Numbered from the stretch's first letter, positions 1 to 8,556 are shown. The stretch: 64,000 nt of DNA from Candidatus Iainarchaeum sp. (GCA_026397015.1 JAPLVR010000003.1:192001-256000), one strand, 5' to 3'. Translations and numbers: made by a program. The notes: a model not told the origin generated them from the sequence alone.

Positions 1-24
1 GGTGCAACTCTGGGAGGGGGGATT
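1..24 (+). repeat. Inter-cassette hairpin site 1 (left part cut by window edge)
   Basis: GGTGCAACTCTGGGAGGGGGGATT; same GCAACTCT/G-run/ATT motif as at 1210, 2760, 3422. Confidence 0.8.
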
Positions 25-88
25 ACACTTATAGTGCAATTCAATCAATTAGCAAAGATTTATATTAATTAAAAAATATTGTGTTGAT

Positions 89-322
89 ATGGGACTAAGA
101 AGATTAATACGATTGAAAAAGCTTCAACGCTTGAAGAGGGATCCGGAGCGAAGAGCGCAACTTGAAGTTGCCCGGGACTTTAGAAGATACTCTAGAATTA
201 ATCAGGAACCCAATTCACTTACTGGTGAAAAAGATCCAGGCATGTTACAAATTGCAAGCAAACAACGAGCAACCGCTAATAGAATTACAGCTGATCTGAA
301 GAAAAAAAGAAAATCTCTGTAA
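89..322 (+). CDS. Small Arg/Lys-rich hypothetical protein
   Basis: 77-aa ORF; TATA-like TTTATATT at ~59-66, about 25 nt before ATG (leaderless geometry). Confidence 0.6.
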   Translation: MGLRRLIRLKKLQRLKRDPERRAQLEVARDFRRYSRINQEPNSLTGEKDPGMLQIASKQRATANRITADLKKKRKSL

Positions 323-340
323 TTTGTTGCTAATCTACAG

Positions 341-376
341 AATGGCGCTGGCTGCGGCAGTCGAGAAGGGGGAATT
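341..376 (+). repeat. Inter-cassette hairpin site 2 (variant)
   Basis: AAT-GGCG-CTGGCTGCGGCAGTCGAG-AAGGGGGA-ATT; hairpin, purine run and ATT as in site 4. Confidence 0.55.
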
Positions 377-462
377 CCCTTTAGAGGGGCACCACCTAAA
401 CTAGTTCGACCACAAACTCTTGTTTTTACTACACACGCCCCTCAACTGCAAAAAACACGCAA

Positions 463-488
463 TCTTACTTGTAAGAAATCCTTAAATA
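463..488 (+). promoter_or_regulatory. Palindromic operator plus TATA box of the AbrB-PIN TA operon
   Basis: TCTTAC-TT-GTAAGA inverted repeat just upstream of CTTAAATA; AbrB-type antitoxins typically autoregulate via such palindromes. Confidence 0.5.
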
Positions 489-519
489 TTAGTTTGAATA
501 CAGTATTAACGGTGATTGG

Positions 520-768
520 ATGCAGCCAATAGTTGAAACAACAAAGATGTCCACAAAAGGGCAAATAATAATACCTAAAGAAGTAAGGGATTTCACCCAA
601 AGCAAGGAAAATACACTGTTTACAGTAACGCCAGTGAACACTGACACGATTATCCTCAAAAAATTAAACAGGCAAGAAATGGTGAAAGAATTCCAAAAAA
701 TAAGGCAAGAAGTAAAAGGCAAGCTTTCAGAGGATGAAATCAATGACCTCATACACAAAGTTCGATAG
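520..768 (+). CDS. AbrB/MazE/SpoVT-family antitoxin
   Basis: TKMSTKGQIIIPKEVR swapped-hairpin motif; GGTGAT RBS; overlaps PIN gene. Confidence 0.85.
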   Translation: MQPIVETTKMSTKGQIIIPKEVRDFTQSKENTLFTVTPVNTDTIILKKLNRQEMVKEFQKIRQEVKGKLSEDEINDLIHKVR

Positions 769-1177
769 CCGAAAACTCGTCCTAGACACAAACATAATAA
801 TTTCAGCGTTAATAGGAAAGCACGGCGAATCGGCAAAACTATTCGAAAAACTAATCCAGGAAGAAATTGACAACTATACAAGCAAAGAAATCATCCAAGA
901 AATAATTGACGTGCTAAACAGAAAAGAAATAATAAAAAGAACAGCAAAAGAAGCAAGAACATTCATCCTAGAACAATACCTCACACACTCAAAAATAGTT
1001 GTGCCAAAAGAAAAACACAAAATCACGGCACATGAATCAGACAACAAATTCATTGATACGGCAATTGAAGCAAAAGCAAGCTTTATCGTAAGCGGAGACA
1101 AACACTTGCTTGAAATAAAAGAATTTAAAGAAATAAAAATAATAAGAGCAAAAGAATACTTAGGCAACGGAAAATGA
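734..1177 (+). CDS. vapC: PIN-domain (VapC-like) toxin
   Basis: VLDTNIIISA, ESDNKFIDTA and VSGDKHLL PIN motifs; start may be ATG 743. Confidence 0.9.
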   Translation: MKSMTSYTKFDSRKLVLDTNIIISALIGKHGESAKLFEKLIQEEIDNYTSKEIIQEIIDVLNRKEIIKRTAKEARTFILEQYLTHSKIVVPKEKHKITAHESDNKFIDTAIEAKASFIVSGDKHLLEIKEFKEIKIIRAKEYLGNGK

Positions 1178-1200
1178 AAAGCAAACTGCCAACCAAGAAC

Positions 1201-1226
1201 AACCCGCGTGCAACTCTGGGGGGATT
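1201..1226 (+). repeat. Inter-cassette hairpin site 3
   Basis: AACCCGCGTGCAACTCTGGGGGGATT; shares GTGCAACTCTGGG and GGGATTACA with site 1. Confidence 0.85.
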
Positions 1227-1277
1227 ACATTTATATAATTCAAACGACTTATGCTTAGATTGGAGTGGTGATTTTAT

Positions 1278-1574
1278 TTGAATAAAAAATTTGGTTTAAA
1301 GTTTTTATTTGATCCGCAGTTTTTATTTGATTTACAGTTTTTAGCACTCAAAATTATAGGATTGCTGATTGCAACATATTTCATCTCAAACCTTTACTTT
1401 ACGGCAATCACAAGCACCTTTGCAAATTTGGAATATTTAACTTACTACTGGCCATTTTTTACTCTGGAAATATTAGCCGCTTTAATAGGGCTGTATTTAC
1501 TTTTTCGGCAAAAGAAATTCCCGGAAATGAAAATCCCTGAAAAACAAAAAAATGGGAATAAGAAAAAGAAATAA
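1278..1574 (+). CDS. Small membrane protein (2 TM, basic tail)
   Basis: Two hydrophobic segments; TTG start after GGAGTGGTGAT RBS and TTTATATA box. Confidence 0.7.
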   Translation: MNKKFGLKFLFDPQFLFDLQFLALKIIGLLIATYFISNLYFTAITSTFANLEYLTYYWPFFTLEILAALIGLYLLFRQKKFPEMKIPEKQKNGNKKKK

Positions 1575-1621
1575 ATATGCGGAACGGCCCCGACTGCAGC
1601 AATCGGGGAGGGGATTTATTT
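1569..1621 (+). repeat. Inter-cassette hairpin site 4 (variant)
   Basis: AAATAAAT (overlaps stop codon)...CCCCGACTGCAGCAATCGGGG-AGGGG-ATTTATTT; nested inverted repeats. Confidence 0.65.
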
Positions 1622-1648
1622 TTATACAATTCTTTGTTTGATTTAGTC

Positions 1649-2746
1649 ATGAATAAATCAATGCGAGATGCTACGACTGAGCCTATTCTGGATTATTCCA
1701 AGTTGCTGCGCCCCGCCAACTTTATCGGGGCTTCTCAGGAGGGGATTATTTCTTTTGGTTCGGGCCAACCTGACCTTGCTCCGCCGCAGGAAGTTTTTTC
1801 CGGCTTAGGGTTGCACAGGACATTCAAATACGGGCCTGTTGCCGGGCAGGACACATTAAGGGAAGCGCTTGCGAAAGAAAACCCCTTGTTTAGCAAAGAG
1901 CATTTTGTTATAACTAACGGGTCTTCGGAAGCGCTGGATATTATTTTTCGCGTACTTGCAAAACCAAAAGACAAAATACTGATACACACGCCATACTACT
2001 ATTCGTACAAACCATTACTAGAGCTAAACAATTTTGAACCCGTATTAGTAAATACCGTCAAGGGGAAAATTGATATGGGGGATTTTAGAAAAAAAGTTGT
2101 GGGGGTCAAGGCTGTGTTGATTAATTCTCCGAGCAATCCTACCGGCGTGATTCAAGAAATCAGTGCGCTTAAAGAAATTGAAAAAATAACAAAAGACCTC
2201 GATATCCCTCTGGTGTCTGATGAAGTGTATAAGGACTTGATTTATGAGAGAGAAAATTATTCTCTTTCAGGGCCGCACGTGATTACGGTGAATTCATTCT
2301 CAAAAACATTCAACCTGTGCGGTTTGCGCGTAGGGTACTTATTCTCCAATGACTTGGGCATAGTAAACAAAGTGATTAATTTCAAGTCCCATAGCTCAAT
2401 GAACACTTCAATTCTTTCCCAAGAGATGGCAGTGAAAGCGCTTAGTGTTCCGAAAAAGTTTATACGGGACCAGGTCAAGATTTGGAAGAGCAGAAGGGAT
2501 TTGATATACGAGGGGCTAACTGAAATGGGCCTTGATTTGTGGAAACCGGAAGGCGCATTTTATGTTTTCCCAAAAATCGACAACCCCGAAAAATTCGTGT
2601 ATGAGATGCATAAATACCACAAGGTTATCACTTACCCCGGAACCTGGTTTGGAGACAACGAACGGGTAAGATTTTCTTACGCTCTTAACGCAAACAAAAT
2701 TGAGGAAGGACTAGAGCGAGTGAGAAAGTACTTACACCGCCCATAA
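1649..2746 (+). CDS. PLP-dependent aminotransferase class I/II
   Basis: NSPSNPTG, SDEVY, NSFSKTFNLCGLRVG (PLP lysine), VRFSY; start moved to ATG 1649 downstream of TTTATA box. Confidence 0.92.
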   Translation: MNKSMRDATTEPILDYSKLLRPANFIGASQEGIISFGSGQPDLAPPQEVFSGLGLHRTFKYGPVAGQDTLREALAKENPLFSKEHFVITNGSSEALDIIFRVLAKPKDKILIHTPYYYSYKPLLELNNFEPVLVNTVKGKIDMGDFRKKVVGVKAVLINSPSNPTGVIQEISALKEIEKITKDLDIPLVSDEVYKDLIYERENYSLSGPHVITVNSFSKTFNLCGLRVGYLFSNDLGIVNKVINFKSHSSMNTSILSQEMAVKALSVPKKFIRDQVKIWKSRRDLIYEGLTEMGLDLWKPEGAFYVFPKIDNPEKFVYEMHKYHKVITYPGTWFGDNERVRFSYALNANKIEEGLERVRKYLHRP

Positions 2747-2778
2747 TTCTGGCACCGTAGCAACTCTGGAGGGGGATT
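2745..2778 (+). repeat. Inter-cassette hairpin site 5
   Basis: AATTCTGGCACCGTAGCAACTCTGGAGGGGGATT, starting within the aminotransferase stop codon. Confidence 0.8.
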
Positions 2779-2883
2779 TTTTTCTTATTACTGCACCGCC
2801 TTTAGGCAGTGCATATGTGTCGGTGCCAGCGGACGAAACCGCCGAACGATATGTTTAAATTCTGTAATTTACAGAATTTGTGC

Positions 2884-3246
2884 ATGACAAAGACTCGTAT
2901 AAGAACGCTTTCCAAAGAGGTAATAATTAACATAAACAAGAAATTCTCTGATGGAATAATGCGAAATGAGGGGGAAATAGACCACGTAGTGTACAAAGTT
3001 GCCGGTACCAGAGGGATAGATAGAAAAGCCGCTACATTGCTAATGGACATTGCAAGAAAGCATGCTTTCACTGACGGAAATAAAAGAACCGCTTATGAAT
3101 CAATGCTTACATTACTTGAACTGAATGGAAAAAAACTTGAAGTTGGAGAAACATCGAGATTTAATGTTGTTGTTTGGGTAGTAAAACCGAAAACAAATTT
3201 AGAGGAAATAATTACGTGGATAGCAAACCACACAAGGGGTAACTAA
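2884..3246 (+). CDS. Fic/Doc-family toxin
   Basis: HAFTDGNKRTA Doc-type motif; ATG 2884 follows TTTAAAT box. Confidence 0.9.
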   Translation: MTKTRIRTLSKEVIININKKFSDGIMRNEGEIDHVVYKVAGTRGIDRKAATLLMDIARKHAFTDGNKRTAYESMLTLLELNGKKLEVGETSRFNVVVWVVKPKTNLEEIITWIANHTRGN

Positions 3247-3247
3247 A

Positions 3248-3376
3248 ATGAAAGTAATAAAAGTCAAAGGAAAAAGAGAACCAATAACAATGGCTGAATG
3301 GAGTGACGTTAAAGAAATGGTTGAAAGACACCTAAAAGAAAACAAAACATTCTACGCACAACTAGCTGAATTATAA
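3248..3376 (+). CDS. Putative 42-aa antitoxin of the Doc toxin (not in ORF track)
   Basis: MKVIKVKGKREPITMAEWSDVKEMVERHLKENKTFYAQLAEL; starts 1 nt after toxin stop with GGGGT RBS; amphipathic C-terminal helix resembles Doc antitoxin tails. Confidence 0.65.
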   Translation: MKVIKVKGKREPITMAEWSDVKEMVERHLKENKTFYAQLAEL

Positions 3377-3400
3377 TTGTGACAAGCAACAGTTTTGACC

Positions 3401-3438
3401 GTAATCTTGAGCGCCCCGTGTGCAACTCTAGGGGCATT
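3401..3438 (+). repeat. Inter-cassette hairpin site 6
   Basis: GTAATCTTGAGC-GCCCC-GTGTGCAACTCTA-GGGGC-ATT. Confidence 0.8.
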
Positions 3439-3499
3439 CCTTTTTTCTGGTTTAGCTGCAAACAAAACTAATTTATTGCTTAGCTTGTAAAATTAGGTA

Positions 3500-3910
3500 A
3501 TGAAAATAACCTTGTGCTCGAGCTACAGATTCTTTGACAAATTATACGCAATAAAAAAGGCGCTGGAAGAAAGGGGTTACGAAGTGTTTTTACCGAGCAT
3601 GCGTGATTACCATCACCTTGAAGAAACCGCTCTCGCAAAAATACAATACAACCTAATCAAAAACCATTTCAGAAAAGTTGACAAGTCTGATGCAATCTAT
3701 GTGGCGAATTATGACAAGGACGGCGTAAAAGGTTACATAGGAGGAAACTCCTTCCTTGAGATGGGAAAGGCTTTTGACAAAGGAATTCCAATATTCCTCA
3801 TGAATGAGATCCCAACCCAATCGCCATACAGAGAAGAATTAATCGCGCTCATGCCGATAGTAATCGGCGAAGACTGGGATCTAATGAATAAATTGCTTAA
3901 AAAAAGGTGA
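3500..3910 (+). CDS. Nucleoside 2-deoxyribosyltransferase-like protein
   Basis: KITLCSS, KSDAIYVAN, GYIGGNSFLEMGKA, IPIFL pattern of NDT-like Rossmann fold. Confidence 0.65.
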   Translation: MKITLCSSYRFFDKLYAIKKALEERGYEVFLPSMRDYHHLEETALAKIQYNLIKNHFRKVDKSDAIYVANYDKDGVKGYIGGNSFLEMGKAFDKGIPIFLMNEIPTQSPYREELIALMPIVIGEDWDLMNKLLKKR

Positions 3911-3916
3911 CTAAAA

Positions 3917-4159
3917 ATGAAATTAAAAACAAAAGCTGAAAAGAAAAAGGTAAAATCGGAAAAATATGTCCGGGTATGCCCGATGTGCAGGAGCGCAAAA
4001 CTTTCAATAAACAACTCAAACCCCTTCTTTGTGAGTGCCAATATTTGGGAATACAAGTGCGGGAACTGCGGCTACAAAAATGCCCAGAGCCTATTCCCTG
4101 AAATAAAAATTCCCGAGAAACAAACAGGCGGAAAAAAGAAAAAAACGACAAAAAAATGA
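3917..4159 (+). CDS. Small Zn-ribbon protein
   Basis: CPMC...CGNCGY; GGTGA RBS. Confidence 0.7.
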   Translation: MKLKTKAEKKKVKSEKYVRVCPMCRSAKLSINNSNPFFVSANIWEYKCGNCGYKNAQSLFPEIKIPEKQTGGKKKKTTKK

Positions 4160-4223
4160 GCCTAAATGCCCCCCACAGAGAATGTTTATATACAACCAAG
4201 AAGCTAATTTGTTAAGTGGCATT

Positions 4224-4841
4224 ATGAGAAGAATCAACAGTCTGTTTGGAAGAAGAAAAAAACCGCTCAGCGAATCCGTAAAGAAAGCGCGTGAAAAAAG
4301 GTTGTTGGAGAGGAACACTCCGCCTACAAAAAAGGGTGGGAAAAAGCCGTTGAGGGAAAGTTTCTACCGCGGCTTTACTCCGAATAATTTGAGTGCAAAA
4401 GAGCAAAAGGAAACGGAAAGGGCAATCAAGGTGCTGGAAAGGGCAAGAATGAAGGGGATGAAAAATACCGTTATAAAAACCACTATTGGCACGCATGTTG
4501 GCGAGTTATACGGTTTTTGGAACGCATTACTTTCGGCCACAACAAACACATCAATAATGCGCGGGGCCGGAATTTACTTTAAAGCCACAATTGCGGGCGG
4601 CGCAATCGGATACGGAATCGGGCACGCTAAAAATGTGCCCCTTGTAAGAAGGGCGACAAAACTTGTCGGCAGGGCGCTCTACAAGGAACAGAAAAAGAAC
4701 AGGGATTTGCGAGAGTTCTTGGAAAAATACAGGTACGTTTACATCAATATGACCGGGGACATTGTCGGAACCAGGCTTCCAAAAATAATATTCGGAAGGA
4801 TGCGGCTGAGAACAAGTAAAATAATCGCCGGAAAATATTAG
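4224..4841 (+). CDS. Basic hypothetical protein with Arg/Lys-rich N-terminus and central hydrophobic Gly-rich segment
   Basis: ORF downstream of TTTATATA (4185-4192); start set at ATG 4224. Confidence 0.65.
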   Translation: MRRINSLFGRRKKPLSESVKKAREKRLLERNTPPTKKGGKKPLRESFYRGFTPNNLSAKEQKETERAIKVLERARMKGMKNTVIKTTIGTHVGELYGFWNALLSATTNTSIMRGAGIYFKATIAGGAIGYGIGHAKNVPLVRRATKLVGRALYKEQKKNRDLREFLEKYRYVYINMTGDIVGTRLPKIIFGRMRLRTSKIIAGKY

Positions 4842-4902
4842 GGGCGTTTAATCCCTGCAGCCACCCGCAACAATTTTTAATTGAATCCACAGAAACTTCA
4901 TT

Positions 4903-6021
4903 ATGATTCCGAAAAACATTTCCGAATTAGTTACCTTCTCGCCGAACAGGTTTGAGCCGATACATGACTGGTTCTACTATAAGGAAGGGTACGCAAAAAA
5001 ATTGGTTGAGTGGCTGGTAAAGGAATACAACCTGGAAGGCCCCATTTTTGACCCGTTCTGTGGAAGCGGGACAACAGTTTTGGCCGCAAAACAGATGGGC
5101 ATTGAAAGCATCGGGTGCGATGTTTCGCCGCTCGCGGTTCTTGCATCAAAAGTAAAAACAAGGAATTATGAAGTTGAAACGCTGAAAAAAAAGCTGGGCG
5201 AATTCAGGGAAATGAAAGTTCCTCCCGAGCAGTTGACGCCGCGCGACGAAAGGCTGAGAAAAATAATCAGCAGGGGAAACTGGGAAGAAATGCATTTTTT
5301 GAAAAAAAAGATTGAGGAAATTGGAGACGAAAAAGCAAGAGATTTTTTTTATTTGGCAATGGTTGATTCTTTCGGTGCAGTGGCGCAGGTGGTAAAAGTC
5401 GGGGGGTCGCTGAGAAGGGCGAAAAAAAATGTTCCATCAATGAAAAAGTTTTTCGAGAGGAAATGCGAGAGGATGATAAGGGATTTGGAAAGGGGGAAGA
5501 AGGGGGTGGAGCCGGAAGTAATCGAAGCCGATGCAAGGGTTTTCAACCTCGAGGAAAATAGTATTGGTTCCATAATTACTTCACCGCCGTACTTGAACAA
5601 AATCGAATACACTACCGTTTACAAGCTCGAGCTTATTTTGTTTTTCAAGGTGCAGGAAACGCAATTGAGGGCTTTCATCGGGGATGAGCCTCAAAACATC
5701 AGGGGAACAAAAATAAAAATCAAAAATTTTCAAAAGTTTCCGCCGATTGCGCAGGCATACTTTGAAGATATGGAAAAAGTGATGGTGAACTGCTTCCGCT
5801 GTTTAAAGCCGAAAGGGAAAATGGTTATTGTTGTGGCTGGAGGATGCCTGCCAGATAGAATAATTCAGAGCGACGAAATTTTGTGCGATTTGGGGCAGGC
5901 GATTGGATTCAAAATAATCGATATTATTGCCGCAAGAGAAATTTTTTGCCACGCAAACAGGTCGATAAAAATCGGGAAAGTAAGGGAAAGCGTTATTGTT
6001 TTGGAGAAGCCGGAAGTTTGA
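4903..6021 (+). CDS. Orphan DNA amino-methyltransferase (N4-C/N6-A family)
   Basis: IHDWFYYKEGY, SAM-binding DPFCGSGTT preceding catalytic TSPPY. Confidence 0.88.
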   Translation: MIPKNISELVTFSPNRFEPIHDWFYYKEGYAKKLVEWLVKEYNLEGPIFDPFCGSGTTVLAAKQMGIESIGCDVSPLAVLASKVKTRNYEVETLKKKLGEFREMKVPPEQLTPRDERLRKIISRGNWEEMHFLKKKIEEIGDEKARDFFYLAMVDSFGAVAQVVKVGGSLRRAKKNVPSMKKFFERKCERMIRDLERGKKGVEPEVIEADARVFNLEENSIGSIITSPPYLNKIEYTTVYKLELILFFKVQETQLRAFIGDEPQNIRGTKIKIKNFQKFPPIAQAYFEDMEKVMVNCFRCLKPKGKMVIVVAGGCLPDRIIQSDEILCDLGQAIGFKIIDIIAAREIFCHANRSIKIGKVRESVIVLEKPEV

Positions 6022-6090
6022 AAAGAAAGGTATAAATACCATGAAGAACGCTATACTTCGGGAAGGATTTCCGATTTTTGAGGTGGTTTT

Positions 6091-8340
6091 TTGAAAAGGT
6101 TTCTTGGAATAGTTTTATTGGTCGCAGTAATTATTTTATTTTCAGGGTGCATCCAACCGCCAGTATGCGGAAACGAAAGATGTGAAATAGGAGAGAACCA
6201 AGACAACTGTTCAGCGGATTGCTCGTCACAATCGCCGCCTTCGGTGCAGATCTTTGAGCCGGAAATCAACGGTCTTGTTGTGACCCAAAACGGCGTTGCA
6301 CAGCCTAACTGTGGAAGCTTTGACGAAACATACTGCGCAAACTATTCCGCTGGCCCAGACCAAAATGGAACAATATTCAACGGGCCCATTGCATTTGAAT
6401 GGGGCGACGGAAGTGTTTCATGTTCCTGGTTCCCTGCGGAACATCAATATGCACAAGCCGGTGAGTATACAATAAGCGTAAGTGCAAAAAATACCTGTAC
6501 CGAAACGATCGGCGGCGCAACCAGAATTGTGCGAATAAGTTCAGGTTCTTGCGGAAATTCAATATGCGAAGCAGAAGAAACGCCTCAAACATGTTCCGAT
6601 GATTGTAGCATAATTTCTCCGGGAGTTTACGAGCTAAATATCGGGGACAAAATATTTGTTGAAGGAGGCGGAAATTTTGCAGGCGAAATACTGTCAATAA
6701 CATTTATTGATGTGGTTCAGCCGGGAACGGGCCCAAACATGCCCTACCAAGGGAAATGGACACTAAAAAACAACTACACATTACTAAAAATTGTCCAAAA
6801 AGCGCCGGGCACTTACTTAAACGACGAATTCGGATCAAATTATTTTAACCGCAATCCGAAAATATACGTTGAAGAGGTTGCGTTTAATCTGCAAACCGAA
6901 AAATATTTCGCAAAAGTGAGGATAACAAGCGGAATAGAAATAAGGACTGACCAAGTGTTCCCGTACGATCCGGCGCAAACAACAAATCCAGAATGGACTG
7001 GGCACGCGAACACTGTTTTGGAAGGAAATAAAGTCAAACTTCTCTCAATTGAAATAATGAATAATTGGTCATATGACCAACCAACAAACGAGAGTTCGAC
7101 ACAGAAAATCGTCCTCGCAAAAAACCAATCAATAAAACTCCCTTTGGATTATGGGCACATAACTTACGAAGGCCTTCAAGGGGAAAACCCTGAAGTAACC
7201 GAAACAATTGGCGGAAACACATTAAAAATAACTGATACTTTTGGAATCCAAAGAGAAGTTCCATTAGTAATCCAGCTGGGATTCGGTCTTAACGAGATAA
7301 TGATTTCAGGAACCCCATTTGTTGTTTATCTCGCTAAGCTTGAAAACACTGAAAAGGATGTTGCCAGGTACTGGCCTTACTCTAGAACTGCCGCGGCAAT
7401 TCCCGACCCATGGAAAAACCCTCCGGCAGGTTACAATGACATCTCATATTCAAACAAAAGCGTAACAAAAACAACCCTAAGCTTCTGGGTAAATACAACC
7501 AGCATGTCGCCAAAATATGCCCTAGGGGTTGACAAAACAACCGGGCAGGCATGGCTTTTACTGTCCAGCCAGTCATTCCGCGTTAAATCTGCAAGCAGAA
7601 GCGGCATTCTTGAGGTCGGAAGCACCTGCATCCCATCAGCCACGCCGGACCAAAGGCCGTATTACCTGCCGGATTTAACCACGTTAAATGTTCTTACCGG
7701 GGCCGGCTATTCAATAATGCCGTCTGATGGGGATTCTTACGAATTCACTTCAAAAATGACACTCAAGGATTATGACAATCCGCAGGGAGTAGATTTTTAT
7801 CTCGGGACGTCGGATGATTTGCTCGTAAACAGCACAAATAATAAAGCAAGGTGCAGCACGGCGGACAATGAGGCGGAATATATTCATTGGAACCTAAATG
7901 AATACACAACCGCGGCATCCACAAAGCTGCTGCAGGGATACACTACTTACGGCACAAAGGTAACGGTCAGCGAGGGAATTGGAAAAGCATACGTTCCGCT
8001 TTACACAAAGGTCATGGCGCACACAACTGTAAACATTTCCAACCCAATTGAATTATTCCTGAGAAACAAAATACAGGATTCAAATCAATTCATTTGGGAT
8101 ATAAGCTCCAATGATGTGTACAGCGAAAAAATAATGCTTGAGGCAACCGCGAGAAATCAGACAATCGCAAACGGCTTTTATCCGGGCGAGGTTGTTTTGT
8201 CAATAGGAAAAAATGGAATAGAATACTACGTCACATTCAACCAGCCTGCCGATATCGGCACCGAAATAAATTTCATGGGCAAAAATTATAGGATTGCGGA
8301 AATCGGATTAGGGCGCGTATTCCTTGAAGAAGTGCAATAA
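6091..8340 (+). CDS. Surface lipoprotein with CGNxxCE..C..DC repeats, PKD-like domain and S-layer-like region
   Basis: Signal peptide with FSGC lipobox; WGDG..HQY...GEYTISV PKD motif; shares a domain with the 62668 ORF. Confidence 0.75.
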   Translation: MKRFLGIVLLVAVIILFSGCIQPPVCGNERCEIGENQDNCSADCSSQSPPSVQIFEPEINGLVVTQNGVAQPNCGSFDETYCANYSAGPDQNGTIFNGPIAFEWGDGSVSCSWFPAEHQYAQAGEYTISVSAKNTCTETIGGATRIVRISSGSCGNSICEAEETPQTCSDDCSIISPGVYELNIGDKIFVEGGGNFAGEILSITFIDVVQPGTGPNMPYQGKWTLKNNYTLLKIVQKAPGTYLNDEFGSNYFNRNPKIYVEEVAFNLQTEKYFAKVRITSGIEIRTDQVFPYDPAQTTNPEWTGHANTVLEGNKVKLLSIEIMNNWSYDQPTNESSTQKIVLAKNQSIKLPLDYGHITYEGLQGENPEVTETIGGNTLKITDTFGIQREVPLVIQLGFGLNEIMISGTPFVVYLAKLENTEKDVARYWPYSRTAAAIPDPWKNPPAGYNDISYSNKSVTKTTLSFWVNTTSMSPKYALGVDKTTGQAWLLLSSQSFRVKSASRSGILEVGSTCIPSATPDQRPYYLPDLTTLNVLTGAGYSIMPSDGDSYEFTSKMTLKDYDNPQGVDFYLGTSDDLLVNSTNNKARCSTADNEAEYIHWNLNEYTTAASTKLLQGYTTYGTKVTVSEGIGKAYVPLYTKVMAHTTVNISNPIELFLRNKIQDSNQFIWDISSNDVYSEKIMLEATARNQTIANGFYPGEVVLSIGKNGIEYYVTFNQPADIGTEINFMGKNYRIAEIGLGRVFLEEVQ

Positions 8341-8370
8341 ATAATACGATTCTCAAAGGGCGATTAGTTT

Positions 8371-8400
8371 TTTTCGCCAGCCTTTTTGTAAAAAAGGCTG
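8371..8400 (+). repeat. REP-like palindrome
   Basis: TTTTCGC-CAGCCTTTTT-GTA-AAAAAGGCTG. Confidence 0.85.
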
Positions 8401-8556
8401 GTTTGAAACCTTAAGTTTTGGAAAACAAGAGGTTTGCTTTTTCCATAATGCATCCTTATTAGCGGGGGCGCAACTAACATTAGTTGCCTTCTATTAAATG
8501 CACCAAAAAAGAGATGCACTGCAACTGAAGGCACAACTCCAACACGGTGAAAAAAA

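Noticed and set aside
2820-2846. Hammerhead ribozyme suggested by GGACGAAAC
   Set aside because: No CTGANGA core at a compatible position.
1-3438. CRISPR array or canonical attC/dif interpretation of the repeated sites
   Set aside because: Spacers are gene-sized and repeats degenerate, so not CRISPR. There are no RYYYAAC/GTTRRRY cores, and arm spacing varies, unlike 11-6-11 dif sites. No cas or integrase gene is in the window.
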